This document shows positions 35,529-49,149 of a stretch of DNA of 64,000 bases, in pieces. Within the stretch, counting starts at the first letter, position 1. Every line of letters begins with the position of its first letter. Below the pieces are notes generated by a model. That model saw nothing but the letters and a program-made list of their open reading frames with translations, was not told the origin of the DNA and did no database searches. This stretch comes from Malacoraja senta (taxonomy: Eukaryota): positions 62,001 through 126,000 of the forward strand of contig JAXLNO010002882.1 in assembly GCA_038087875.1 (NCBI GenBank), written 5' to 3'. The translations under genes were made by a program, and so were the position numbers.

Positions 35529-37275
35529 TCGCTGGGTTGAAATGGTTAATCAGAGAAATCCGTTTCCTGGCATCCAGTCGAACTGTGAATTTAACCTTGT
35601 CTGGACCAATGGAAGCGCCATTTTCCAACGTTCACTACAATCTGAAATGGCATTGGTTAAGTCCTAATCAACTAAGGATTCAATAAACATTTGAGGTGAT
35701 TTGATGAGTTTGACTGCACGGAAGCAAGTTTTCGATTGCGTCGCGTAGGCGCCCCTAATCGCACATACATCAACGCCTGTTTTTACACGAATGTTCTTTC
35801 AATCGTGTCGTATTCCTATCAACCCCCTTAGATTCCACCCCACAACACGATTTGAAAGTTTACAGTGCACAACTCACCCAGCGAGCCCGCAAAGATCTGG
35901 AACGTGAAAAACACGTTTCGGGTCGGGACGCCTCTTCAGACATCTTCAGATCGAAAGAGCTCCGAACGGAAACGTTGTTTATCGATTTACTCCTCAGATG
36001 CTGTCTGACCCGTTGAATTCCTGCAACTCAGAGGTTGTTGAAGTATCCAGCACCTCTTGTTTTTGCACTACCTGTTGTATTAATGTTTGTTTAATTGCAT
36101 TTCATTCATGGGTGAATTATCCGGAGAGCTCGCTACACAATGTTTTTTTTAATGTATCTCATACGTGATAATAATAAATGGATACCAATACCAATATCAA
36201 TACCAATCTTTACACCAATAACAATACCAGTTCCAATCCCACTACCAAATCCAATTGCAAGTCTAATACCAAAATAATCCAAGCTGATTCAGATATGGCG
36301 CTGAGGGAAGGATGAAAATCACCCTCCACGCTCGATTCTCCTGCGTATAATTATTCCGTCGTCTTGTTCTTGATTGTAAATTGAGTCGCCGTGTTGTTAT
36401 GTAACTTGCACGAAAAGCTGCATCTAACAAGAATTTAGTCGATTGATTGTAAATATCAGCATGGAAGCAGGGCCTTGGGCACAACAGGTCGACGCCGACT
36501 GTCGGTCACACGTTGATACTAGTCCCATCCCACCTTCGCATCCACTGTCTACAATCTGGGCGCAATTCGTAGAGGCCATATGTCCAAGATTCTGCGCATG
36601 TTTGAGATGTGCGAGAAAACCATAGCAACCATAGTCAAACTATGCGTGACAGGGAGAACTTACTAACGTCACACAAACAGCACTCCGGGTGAGGACATGG
36701 GTTTCTGGCGCTGTGATTCAGCCGCTCAACTGGCTGCGCTTCTGTGCCGCCCATATATTCTTTTCCCGTTGCAATTAAAAAACCTTGACAATGGACTATT
36801 GTTCTTTGACTCCTTTCTACTGAAGGGGCTGTGCTTATAGCTCTCTGATTGTGACTATAAGTGACTGGACGAGCAAGGGAGCGAGAGAGGAAGAGGGGAA
36901 GGGCGGGGAGATAGATGGAGTGTCAGAAAGATATGCAGATAGAAAGAATGTAGACAATTAAACAGACANNNNNNNNNNNNNNNNNNNNNNNNNNNNNNNN
37001 NNNNNNNNNNNNNNNNNNNNNNNNNNNNNNNNNNNNNNNNNNNNNNNNNNNNNNNNNNNNNNNNNNNNNNNNNNNNNNNNNNNNNNNNNNNNNNNNNNNN
37101 NNNNAAGATAAAGGTGGAGCAAATTAGCGTGCGTAAAGTGAGAAGGCAAGTGATCAAATTGCATCGGTTGTGAACAGCCAATCGTGCAAGAGGGGGACGC
37201 TCCTTAGTCTCCCCAACAGAAAAAAACCTGCCCATGATTTCCGTGTCCTCTCACATATACTGCACAACGCGAGAC

Positions 37276-37934
37276 ATGAACGCAGTCGAATCTTTTCGTC
37301 CTTACAGAGCTGTTTACAAACTACATGCCATGAGCACCTTCTGGTCTCTCCTGGTGATAATTTTCGTATTTCCAGGTGAGCCTATGTTGCAATGGTTCCG
37401 AAGCGGAAGTGTCTTTGATACACTCCCAGTTTGCACACAGTTCATTGAGTTTCTGTTGCGATTTTTCGTGAGCTAAACGTGGCTTTGATACACGCGCGAC
37501 AGCCATCCCAAACTGTAGATATTGTGAAGGAAGGTCTCTTCCTGTGCTGTACAGATCGATGTTATTTGTTGGTTATTTGTTGTAGGCTTTCAGCTTCATC
37601 GCATGTTTCTTTTTTGCTTTATTACAGGACGCTATGCCGAAGAGTCCATGTCTCAATATCCGCCTGAACTCACTGTTGTTGAAGGACAGGCCGTAATACT
37701 TAATTGCAATTACCCCAAATCTTACAATCACGAGGTCGCTTTCTGGTACATTCAGAACGGTGGGCAAGCGCCGAAATATCTACTAAAAAAATTTAATGCC
37801 GATTCCGGAGATCGGGCTCGTGAATTGCCAGAGAGGTTTTTTGCTGCTTACCACAAAGAGAATCGCTCGATACCTTTAAGTATCTCCGGCGTCCTTGTCT
37901 CCGATTGCGCCGTGTATCTCTGCGCCATGAGGCC
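37276..37934 (+). CDS. TRAV/TRDV: Second chimeric E-leader/D-exon V gene (leader 37276 or 37330 to 37375, V 37628-37934), open
   Basis: Near-identical to 27149-27808. Confidence 0.85.
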
Positions 37935-38012
37935 CACACTGCGGCATAGAAGCGCCTGATCCGAACAAAAACTCTCTCCCGTCATTTCTCTCGAATCTTC
38001 ACCAGAGGGCGC
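37935..38012 (+). promoter_or_regulatory. 23-RSS (37935-37973) plus CTCF-like motif (37999-38012)
   Basis: CACACTG-23-ACAAAAACT; TCACCAGAGGGCGC. Confidence 0.88.
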
Positions 38013-40258
38013 TCTCTTCCATCTTCCAACAACTCTCCAACCCAAAATAGAATATTACCCTCAAACACGAAGCGCAGAGCTTCATCTTCCAACGTTATTT
38101 ACATTTTTTTGTATGGTTTTTATTCCTACTTGTCGACTGGCCTTTTTTTTTGCATTCCCCGTCTAAATTCCATCTTTTATCCTCGCAGTTCCTGACGTGA
38201 TTTTTTCCCATAATGCTCCGCAAGGCTCCTGTTTCCACCTCACCACTCCGCGACATGCGTTTAACAATTGATTTCTGGAAAGAAGGGTCCGAAATCCGAC
38301 CTCAGTAGGATTACAATCAACCAACAAAACAGGGCGGCACAGTGGCGCAGCTGGAAGTGCTGCAGCCACACTGCGCCAGCGACCCGGTTTCGATTCTGAC
38401 CTGTCTGTGTGGAGTTTGCAGGTTATCCCTGTAATCGCGTGGATTTCCCCCGGGTGTTCCGGTTTCCTCGCATAACCAAAGGACTTGCGGGTTTGTAAGT
38501 TTATTGGGCTCTATAAATTGCCCCTGGTGTGTGGGGAGTGGAAGACAAAGTGGGATAACGTTCGCTAGTGTGAACGTGAGGTCGATGGTCTGCATAGACT
38601 CGATGGGCAGAAAGGCCTGTTTTTTCCGCGCTGTGTCTCTAAACTCAATTGAACACTATTAAAAAACACAGAAAATGCAGAGATTTGGAAGAATGTTTGA
38701 GAGACTTCGCGATATCGGGATGCATGCCGGAGGAATCATCAAATCCTTATATTAATATTACATCGTTACGTGATCAGGTCGCATTAAGGACGTGAGAAGT
38801 CGTTAAATAAAAAAGTATAACCATTTCATTTTGTTCTTTTTGCTCCTACATTGGGCGTGAAGGCTCTCTGCATCACCCCATCTATTCCCCTCATTGTGTT
38901 ATGAACCACTGTAAGATCACTCTGCGGCTTCCTGCCCTCCATGGTATAAAATCACAGGCTGCACAACTTCTTCCTCTGGCTCAGCCCCCGGTGTTTCAAG
39001 TCTAGTCCAGAATCTGGAGGTCAAAACATATTAAACGGCCTGAAGAACTCAGCGCGTCCAGCAACACCTGGGGCAAGAGGTCAACGATTCGGTGAAGACC
39101 CAAGGCCAATATGCCCCTTTCCTCTTTCTACACGTCTAAAGCAGATTGTATTGTTCTGTTGGGGCATTTATAAACGCTGTGGTCTGAGATTATTAATTGG
39201 AATATATTTCACACAATGACATAAATAGAACACGGCAAACCGGATAAGGAAATGATATAATTGAGCCAACTGTGTATCTCCTCGGGAGGCTATAGTCTAT
39301 GTATCTATGTATCTATGTGTCGCTGCATCTGTAAAACGCACTTTACCCTTGTATGGTCTCGCTCGGATGCAGGCGGGCGACACCGAAAGCCAGAAAATGG
39401 AGAGACAGCCAGACAAACGTAGCTATGACACGGACAGCAACATGATGGCGCTGCAGGGAAAGACGATGCATATAGAGAAACATAGAGATTCTGATACATG
39501 AGATAAAAGAGAAAGAGATAGGTTATCCACTAAATAGAAAAGGCGGTGAGGAGAAGGAGAGAACATAGAAACATAGAAACATAGAAATTAGGTGCAGGAG
39601 TAGGCCATTCGGCCCTTCGAGCCTGCACCGCCATTCAATATGATCATGGCTGATCATCCAACTCAGTATCCCGTACCTGCCTTCTCTCCATACCCTCTGA
39701 TCCCTTTAGCCACAAGGGCCACAATCTAGCTCCCTCTTAAATATAGCCAATGAACTGGCCTCGACTACCCTCTGTGGCAGGGAAAGACGATGCATATAGA
39801 GAAACATAGAGATTCTGATTCATGAAAGAGAGAGAGAGAGAGAGAGAACAAAATGAGTGCAGGCGTTTGAGAGCGAAAGATGGAAGAGAAGGGAAAGAGA
39901 GGAGGAGATGGGGAGAAGGGGACAGATAGTGTGAAAATAGAGCGTACGCTCCACAGAGAATGAGAGAGGGAAGCGAAGGGATTGATGGGAGAGAAAAGTG
40001 TGGGAGAGGGACACAGTGTGTGTGTCAGAGAGAGAGTCGGAGAAAGAGCGAGAGAGAAAAAAAAGAAACTCGGGTATTGCCGGAACGTGTGAAATGAGAA
40101 GGCGGAGCGATTTCCGCGAAACGAACCAATCGAACACCAGGGAACTGTCCTCGATTATCTTTCATGAGCCTGGTCTGAGTTTTGTGTTGCATGTCTGATG
40201 CGAGCGTGAACATACTTATAAACATTTTCTCCTCGACTTTTCGTTCAAACCGGACACC

Positions 40259-41018
40259 ATGAGTTCCTCGTGGTCCTTTCTGATAATTATGCTTGTGCTG
40301 CACGGTGAGTATGTGTTTAACTGCTCAGTGTTACGTCCGGGGCTCCAATTTACCGTCGGACTGGGCGGCACGGTGGCGTAGCGGTAGAGCTACCGCCTTG
40401 CAGCGTCAGTAACCCGGGTTCTATCCTGACTGCGGGTGTTTGGCTGTACAGAGTTTGTATGTTCTCCCCGTGGCCTGCGTTGGTTTTCTCCCGAGATCTT
40501 ATTGTTTCTTCCCAAACTCCAAAGACGTACAGATTAGTAGGTTAATTTGGGGTTGGTGTAAATGCAAAACTGTCCATCGTGTGTGCAGGTTAGTGGTAAT
40601 TTGCGGGGATCGCTGGTCGGTGCGGACACGGTGGGCTGAAGGGCCTGTTTGCGCGCTGTATCTCCAAACTAAACTAAACGATTCACTCGCGTGTTATGTT
40701 CGTTCTTACAGGAACGGGCGGCGAAGTGTCCGTGTCCAGATCCGCCGGAACAAACGGCCGTGGAAGGACAAAGCGTCACAATGAACTGCAGTTACTCTGC
40801 AGCGTTCAAATGCCGACGCGGCCTTCTGGTACATCCTATATCCCGGGGAGGCGCCAAGATATCTACTCAAGAGACTGAGCACTGGGTTTGCGGACCAGTC
40901 GCCGGATTTGCCAGATAGGTTTTCTGCTGTTTTTCAGAAAGATAGTAGGACGGGTCCCTTTAATTATCTCCGCGGCCCTTGTGTCAGACTCGGCCGTGTA
41001 CCTGTGCGCCATGACGCC
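40259..41018 (+). pseudogene. TRAV/TRDV: Family A copy 5 (leader 40259-40304, V 40712-41018) with several 1-nt homopolymer indels, likely assembly error
   Basis: Versus A4: GTCCAGATCC (-2), TTCAAATG (+1), GACGGGTCC (+1); nonamer also has an extra A. Confidence 0.65.
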
Positions 41019-41095
41019 CACACTGGTGCAGTGAATCAGCGGACCACGACAAAAAACCTTTCCCGCCACTCCCGCGACCGCTCGCAAGAGGGCGC
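41019..41095 (+). promoter_or_regulatory. 23-RSS (41019-41057) plus CTCF-like motif (41082-41095)
   Basis: CACACTG-23-ACAAAAAAC; TCGCAAGAGGGCGC. Confidence 0.82.
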
Positions 41096-42507
41096 GCTCA
41101 CCCGGCTAAACGAAGGAGGTGCTTCTGCGAATCCGCAGAGAACAAATACTCTGTAGATGCCTGATGTCTACAGTATATTTTCCCTTTGTTTCCACAGGTG
41201 TAGCTCACCCTCTCGGGGCGGCACAGTAGCGCAGCGGTGGAGTTGCTGCCTTGCTCCGCCAGAGACTCGGGTTTGATCCTGACCTCGGGCGTTGCCTTTG
41301 AGGAGTTCACAGCTCACCCTGTGACTGCGTGGATTTACTCCGGGTGCTCGCGGTTTCCCCCCCGCGCCCCAAGGACACGTGCGTTTATAGGGTCTTTGCC
41401 TAATTGTTCATAATAATAATAATAATAATAAATAGGATTTTATTTACGGGCGCCTTATACCGAGGTCTCAAGGACACCATACAGAGATTTATAGAAAACA
41501 TATAATCAGAATTTAAAAAAAAAAAAAAAAAAATAGGTTATAAAGACCAATACATAAATCAGGGACAGAATCCTTCCAAAAACACAAAAAAAGAAAATCA
41601 GAAGCACAACTTGAGGAGAGAGCAGCGGCAATTTAACGCCAGCGTCCACTCCACCCCTCCGACCGCCATCTTGAACACAGACTAACAAATACAATTACAA
41701 ACAATTACATACAAAAATCATCCCCCACAATGATTTCCACTGTGGGGGAAGGCACAATGTCGAGTCCCCAGCCCAGTTCACCCAAAAAAGTCAGGCCAAA
41801 TGAGGCCCCCCGCTATTGCCTCTACGTGTTGTGAGTGGATACAAAAGTGGGATAACATAGATAACAAATGTATGATCAATGACCGGTGTGGGCGATGAGC
41901 AGCGCTGCATCTTTACTCAATTCAGAAATCAGATTTGGTTCCTAATAAAAGGACCCTAGTCCTTCCATAAAATGTGCAAATCGCCAATCTGAGTTGCAAG
42001 GCGCTAGGTTGAGCCAAGCGATGTGGAGTTTAGTCGTGTAGTTTTGTTCAGAGATTAGTTTAGAGATTGCAGCGCGAAAATAGGCCCTTCGGCCCACCGA
42101 GGCCGCGCCGACCAGCGATCCGCGGACACTGGCGCTATTCTGCACACTAAGGACATTTACAATATTTACCGGCTCGGCTCGCGGTGGCCCCTCCTCGCTC
42201 TCGGAGGCTTTCAAAAAACTCTCGGACGTTCCCTACATACTCTCGACGGTCTTCCTGCGCTCTCGGCAGCCCCGCCCGACCCCGGTGGCCCCACCAGGCG
42301 GTTCGTTGAGTTATGCGGGGCGCATCTGGGGAGCTTTCTGCCTCAGCTTTCTCAGTTGTATGTGCGCAACCAATCATGTGCAGGAAACGCCCCTTAGAGT
42401 GTACGGTAGTGAACCGGATATTGGCTTCTATTCACACATCGGATGCGAGGCAAGGGCACAGTGTGAAAGTCGTCTCCTTCTCTCACTCTCGTTCCAAGTC
42501 GGGCACC

Positions 42508-43316
42508 ATGTACGCTTCGTGTCTCTTGGCGCTGATACTCCTTGTGGTGCCCGGTGAGTTTGTGTTTCATTGTTCAGTGTGCAATCCGTGACTTCCAGGT
42601 ACTGCCCGTTCTCTGACACCGGGGTTCAACGTAGGTTCACCAGGTTAATTTCCGGGATGGCGGTACTGACATATAATGAAGTAATGGGTCGACTGGGCTT
42701 GTATTCACTGGAATTTAGAAGGGTGAGAGGAGATCGTATAGAAACATATAACACTCTTAAAGGATTGGACAGGCTAACTGCACGAGAAATGTTCCCGATA
42801 TTGGGGGAGTCCAGAACCAGGGGTCACACAGTTTAAGAATAAGGGGTCGGCCATTTAGGACTGTGACTAGGAAAAACAGGAACGGTGTACTGATTTTAGA
42901 TGATCAGCCATAATCAGATGGAATGGTGGCACTGGCTCGAAGGGCCGAATGGCCTACTCCTGCACCTATTTTTCTAAGTTTCTATGACACGCTCTGTGCT
43001 TTGTTATAGGTAACCGTGGCGGTGACTCAGTGATTCAGTTCCCGCTGCAACTGGCTGCCGAGGAAGGACAGAACCTAACACTGAACTGCACTTACTCCGA
43101 AGGATTCAGCGCCAACTTCGCCTGCTGGTACATCCAATTTCCCGGGGAAGCGCCTAGATACGTAGTGATGATATACAGCCATGGGGCAGGCAACCGGTCT
43201 CCAGATTTCCCGGACAGGTTTACTTCCGTGTTTCATAAAGCATCGAGGACTGTTCCTTTAACTATCTCCGGGGTTCGCGTCTCCGATTCCGCCGTGTATC
43301 TCTGCGCCTTGAGGCC
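42508..43316 (+). CDS. TRAV/TRDV: Family B V gene copy 5 (leader 42508-42553, V exon 43010-43316), open
   Basis: Leader, splice sites and V domain intact. Confidence 0.9.
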
Positions 43317-43392
43317 CACACTGCTGCAGAGATGGGGCAGATACGGACAAAAACCCATTCTTGAGTTCCAGTCAGCTGCCACAAGGGGGCGC
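43317..43392 (+). promoter_or_regulatory. 23-RSS (43317-43355) plus CTCF-like motif (43379-43392)
   Basis: CACACTG-23-ACAAAAACC; CCACAAGGGGGCGC. Confidence 0.9.
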
Positions 43393-45136
43393 CGCAGTCC
43401 GTTGAATAAACGTCATTCGGAAAATAAACCCGAGGAGACGCCGGAAGATGCCGGAATACACAACCGCCACTGCAAGAGTGAGGACATACGCAAACTGGAC
43501 GAGGAACATCCCATATTCCACTTAGGAAGGTAACTGCCGAACGGCATGAACTTTGAATTCTCCAATTTAAAGTAATAGCCGACCTACCCCTCTCCCTCTA
43601 GCGCCATCCCACCCCTTTGCGCACCCATTTCTCCCACTTTCACACACCAGTCACCTTTCCTCTCCATTGGGCACTGATTTTCCCATTCCCTCTCTATCCC
43701 TTTCACTTGTTCCTAATGTATCCGTCCCACATGGTTTACATTTCACACCTCTTCTCCTCTCCGTATCCGACAGCCCTTTGTCCTCTTTCCATTTCTAGCG
43801 CTTGTCACTTATTCTACCCACGTGGCAAACTCTTTTCCAGTTTTCTCCCCTATGTGACTGAAGGAGGGTCTCGACCCGAACGTTGCCTGTCCATTTCCAT
43901 CCACAAATGCTGCCTGACCCGTTGAGTTCTTTCAGCACACCGTGTTTTGCTCAAGATACTCGTGGTATCTCTTGCTCTGCAAAGCTCTCCTGGTCAAGTC
44001 GCAGAGTTATCTTCTCCCAATCCCCCTACATCTCCGTGCCGAATATAATGCCGAATTGAACCAATTGAGCACGTTATGACTGAGCTGAGTAGGTTTTAGG
44101 TTTGATTTTGGTTTATCATTATCACATGCACCCGCGAATAGTGGGCTTTGTTTTGCATGCTACCCAGTCGGATTAGATAATATTATATATAAACACAATC
44201 GTCAAGCTGAAGCATAACAAGTAGGGCAAAGGGACAGATACAGCGTTCAGAATTTTTCTCTCGGCATTGTAGCGCACCATTATAAGAGAGGACGTCCAAT
44301 GTCCGCAATTGGGTAGATCTGCACAGGGCAATACCCTAGTTTATGGGAGAACCATTGACAAGCCTGATAACAGAGAAGAAGCTGTTCCTGAGTCAGGCGA
44401 TTAGTTCGTCCAAACGGCTGTATCACCTGGCCGACGGACGCGGAGTTGTGTAGGTCTCATGACGTGCGGACTGGATTTCCGGGGCATTGTTAAGTGTACA
44501 TGGAATCAGTTGTGGGATGTCTGATGTGGACTGTTCGCTGCAATGTCTTGCGTTCTTGGGCAAAGCTGTTCCACACCAAGCCGTGACGCAGTTCGGCAGT
44601 ACGCTTTCCATGGTTAGAAGTAGTCACCGGAGACATGCCAAATTTTCTCCGTTTCCTCAAGAAACAGGGGCGCAGGTGTGACTTCTTATCTATCGCGTCA
44701 ATATGGTTGGTCCATAAGGGACGGTGAGTGATATTAACCCAAAGGAGCTTGAAGCTCTGAACCATTTCCAATTTGTCGCCATCGAATCTGACTTGGGCAG
44801 ATACTCAGTCAAACGCCCCGAAGTCCACAAGTAACTCCTTCATCTTTCGTCTTGCTGACATTGAGGAAGAGGTTGTTGTCCTGATTCCATGTTAAGATGT
44901 AATACTGAGCTGTGTGCACTTGGCAGCTGAATCTTGCGTTTACTGATAAATTCAACACCCGGAAGAACCCACTGGTCTATTTGAGATGGATGACGTAGTG
45001 AAAGAAGATTACTGTCCAACCAGCAAGGCCCAAGAGACAAACCAATCCGGAATCGGGAGTACGCCCTCTATCTGCAACAAATGGGCACCAAACATCGCAT
45101 TGCCACCATTGTCTTCCCAGCCTCCAACAGATCACC

Positions 45137-45578
45137 ATGTGCCGTTCGCGTGTTCTGCTGATAATAATTTTCGTATTTTCCGGTAGGTTCGAGAAAGAAA
45201 AAATATCGATGGCGCGCACTGAGGATTTGATTTTCCTCCACGATACTCACAATTGTGTGCTTTGTTTACAGGAACCAGCGGCGAGGATGAAGTGTCGCAG
45301 AAACCGCCTGAACTGACGGCTGTGGAAGGACAGACTGTAAGGTTGAATTGCACGTATTCCGCAGCATTAGATGTCAGGACTGCATTCTGGTACGTCCAGT
45401 ATCCCGGGGAAGCGCCGAGATATATACTGAAGAAATGAAAGACAGGGTACGAAGAACGATCCCCCCAATTAGCAGCCAGATTTTTTATCGCTTTTGACAC
45501 TGGGAATAGGATCGTTTCTTTGATCATAGCGGGGACTCACGTCTCTGATGCTGCCGCGTACCTCTGTGCCGTGGAGCC
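45137..45578 (+). pseudogene. TRAV/TRDV: Family F copy 3 (leader 45137-45182, V 45272-45578) with a nonsense mutation
   Basis: AAG AAA TGA at 45436-45438 (TTA in F1) plus many substitutions. Confidence 0.85.
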
Positions 45579-45653
45579 CACACTGCTTCAGAGAAGCAGC
45601 AGACCCGGACAAAAACGCACTGAGAGATCCAGCGCGCGGCCACCAGACGGCGC
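45579..45653 (+). promoter_or_regulatory. 23-RSS (45579-45617) plus mutated CTCF motif (45640-45653)
   Basis: CACACTG-23-ACAAAAACG; CCACCAGACGGCGC. Confidence 0.82.
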
Positions 45654-47036
45654 TCGCTGGATTGAAATAGTTAATCATAAAAATCCGTTTCCTGGCATCC
45701 AGTGGAACTGTGAATTAAACCTTGTCTGGACCAATGATTAAGTCCTAATCAACTAAGGATTCAATAAACATTTGATGAGTTTGACTGCACGGAAGCAAGT
45801 TTTCGATTGCGTCGCGTAGGCGCCCCTCATCGCACATACATCAACGCCTGTTTTTACACGAATGTTCTTTCAATCGTGTCGTATTCCTATCAACCCCCTT
45901 AGATTCCACCCCCAACACGATTTGAAAGTTCACAGTGCACAACTCACCCAGCGAGCCCGCAAACATCTGGAACGTGAAAACACGTTTCGGGTCGGGACGC
46001 CTCTTGAGACATCTTCAGATCGAAAGAGCTCCGAACCCAAACGTTGTTTATCCATTTACTCCTCAGATGCTGTCTGACCCGTTGAATTCCTGCAACTCAG
46101 AGGTTGCTGAAGTATCCAGCACCTCTTGTTTTTGCACTACCTGTTGTATCAATGTTTGTTTAATTGCACTTCATTCATGGGTGAATTATCCGGATAGCTC
46201 GCTACACAATGTTTTTTAATATATCTCACACGTGATAATAATAAATGGATACCAATACCAATACCAATAACAATCTTTACACCAAGCACAATACCAGTTC
46301 CAATCCCACTACCAAATCCAATTGCAAGTCTAATACCAAAATAATCCCAGCTGATTCAGATATGGCGCTGAGGGAAGGATGAAAATCACCCTCCACGCTC
46401 GATTCTCCTGCGTATAATTATTCCGTCGTCTTGTTCTTGATTGTAAATTGAGTCGCCGTGTTGTTCTGTAACGAGCACGAAAAGCTGCATCTAAGAAGAA
46501 TTTAAATCGATTGATTGTAAATATCAGCATGGAAGCAGGGCCTTGGGCACAACAGGTCGACGCCGACTGTCGGTCACACGTTGATACTAGTCCCATCCCA
46601 CCTTCGCATCCACTGCCTACACACTGGGCGCAATTCGTAGAGGCCATATGTCCAAGATTCTGCGCATGTTTGAGATGTACGAGAAAACCATAGCAACCAT
46701 AGGCAAACTATGCGTGACAGGGAGAACTTACTAACGTCACACAAACAGCACTCCGGGTGAGGACATGGGTTTCTGGCGCTGTGATTCAGCCGCTCAACTG
46801 GCTGCGGTTCTGTGCCGCCCAGATATTCTTTTCCCGTTGCAATTAAAAAACCTTGACAACGGACTATTTTTCTTTGACTCCTTTCTACTGAAGGAGCTCT
46901 GCTTACAGCCCTCTGATTGGGACTATAAGTGACTGGACGAGCAAGGGAGCGAGACAGGAAGAGGGGAAGTGCGGGGAGATAGATGGAGTGTCAGAGAGAT
47001 ATGCAGATAGAAAGTATGTAGACAATTAAACAGATA

Positions 47037-47048
47037 GAGCAAGAGCGT

Positions 47049-47111
<63 letters not shown>

Positions 47112-47150
47112 GGAGAGAGAGAGAGAGAGAGAGAGGGGGAACGGAGCGCA
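47037..47150. repeat. (GA)n microsatellite upstream of the E1 promoter
   Basis: Long GA tract; the homologous positions at 26843-26977 and 36969-37104 are N. Confidence 0.9.
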
Positions 47151-47312
47151 AGGAAAGATAGAGGTGGAGCAAATTAGCGTGCGTAAAGTGAGAAGGCATG
47201 TGATCTAATTGCAACCAATCGTGCAAGATTGGGACGCTGCTTACAGCCCCAACATATAAAAATCCTGCCCATGATTTCCGTGTCCTCTCGCATATACTGA
47301 ACAACGCGAGAC

Positions 47313-47874
47313 ATGAACGCAGTCGGATCTTTTCGCCCTTCCAGAGCTGTTTACAAACGACATGCCATTTGCACCTTCTGGTCTATCCTGATGATAATTT
47401 TGGTATTTCCAGGTGAGTCTATGTTGCAATGGTTCCGAAGCGGAAAGTGTCTTGGATACACTCCCAGTTTGCACACAGTTCTTTGAGTCTCTGTAGCGAT
47501 TTTCCGTGAGCTAAACGTGCCTTTGATACACCCCAGAACTGCTCACCGTTTCTGTGCTTTGTTCTAGGAGTCGATGGAGACGATTCGATGTCCCAGAATC
47601 CACCTCAAATCACCACTGAGGAAGGACAACCGGTCACACTGAACTGCAGTTATCCTGCATCAATGGCTGCTAACACAGTCATTTGGTACACCCAATGTTC
47701 TGCAGAAGCGCCGAGATATACACTGAAGATATTCACAACAGGCGATGCACTACGGTCACCTGATTCCTCAGACAAGTTTTCTGCTGTTTATCGTAAAGAA
47801 AAGCGGATGGTGCCTTTGAGAATCTCCGGGGTCCGTGTTTCCGACTCCGCCGTGTATTTCTGTGCCATGAGCCC
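47313..47874 (+). CDS. TRAV/TRDV: Family E V gene copy 1 (long leader 47313-47412, V exon 47568-47874), open only from the upstream ATG
   Basis: Proximal ATG is ATT (47367); MNAVGSFRPSRAVYKRHAICTFWSILMIILVFP|gtgagt; V domain open. Confidence 0.8.
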
Positions 47875-47951
47875 CACACTGCGGCAAGGAAGCAGCGGGA
47901 ACGCACAAAAACCACCCCCAGTAGGTTCAGATAGTGCCCGCAAGATGGCGT
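47875..47951 (+). promoter_or_regulatory. 23-RSS (47875-47913) plus CTCF-like motif (47938-47951)
   Basis: CACACTG-23-ACAAAAACC; CCGCAAGATGGCGT. Confidence 0.86.
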
Positions 47952-49149
47952 ACTTACACCGGCGATTGAATATGATCCGAGATGGAAATTATTCTCAATT
48001 TCCATCAAACACCTTGTACACATTTACTTTCACACAGTAGATACAATCACCGCAAATGCTTTCCAGATTTGAAATGCCTTTCTCTGTACCTATTTGGTTT
48101 AACCACCCCCCCCCAAAATGCGAAGTACTTTTTTTTTGGAATGTTAGGACGATTATTTTCCCATTAAATATCGCACGCGCGACAGCCATTCCAAACTGTA
48201 GATATTTTTTCCCTATTGCTTTCCTTCCAGCAAACAAATCAATGTTCAGTTCACACTGCGAACGCTCATCTGACGGCGCACATACTCAGAGAAACTGAAG
48301 TGATCGGAGATGGAAACTCCACGCGTGTTTCAGAAAATTTGTTTCAATAAACGTGTTACAAGGCCGACAGACGTGTTCCTCCCAATATTGTCCAGATTTG
48401 AAATTGCGTTCCGTATCGGTCCAACCTTCCTCCTGCAAAAACTGGAGGGGGGGGGGGACGGAAATAAATTATGATCTGACTCATTTGAAGCGTTTTTAGC
48501 TGAGTAACTGTGAGGCGATATATTTCTCATAATTGAAAGAGCCCTCTCTCTGTTTCGTTCTATGCGACTGGCAATGCTACAGGGTTCATTAACTCCCTTG
48601 TTAGTAATACTCGAGGCAGAGTAATGCACCCTGGTATTATCCAACCGCAGATCCACTGGGTAAAATCAACGGGAGTCTTCGGAATTTTCAATGATGCGGA
48701 ATATTGAGTCCTACGACATTTGTTCCGCAGTTTTCACGACAAGAATGGATTTCCATTAGTAAATGGGCAGCAGTTGTCACAAGTGTAAATTTACGTCTGC
48801 AACGATCTGGGTTCCATCCTGAAAAGGTGGTGGCGTGAGCGACGCGTAGACACATGGCTAAAAATATTCGGATTCCAATGATGTTTGTGCGAGAAATGTA
48901 GAGGTGATGTAATTTGAGAACTAGCAAAGGACATGAAAAGGCGAGTAACAGTTTGAATTGGAGGCGGTCAGAGCGAGGGAGAAAGTGATAAAGAAACATC
49001 CAATCAGGGCGCGTAAAGGAAGAAATCATGTAGTCAAATTCCATCGGTTGTGAGCACCCAATCGTGCACGAGGGGAACGCCCCTTCGTCACCCCAAAAGT
49101 AAACACGTTCCCCTAATATCCGTGTCTGCTCACATACACAAAGCGAGAC

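Noticed and set aside
35011-41018. F2 and A5 as confidently real pseudogenes
   Set aside because: All lesions are 1-nt homopolymer changes in a region rich in such differences, so they are kept only as provisional calls.
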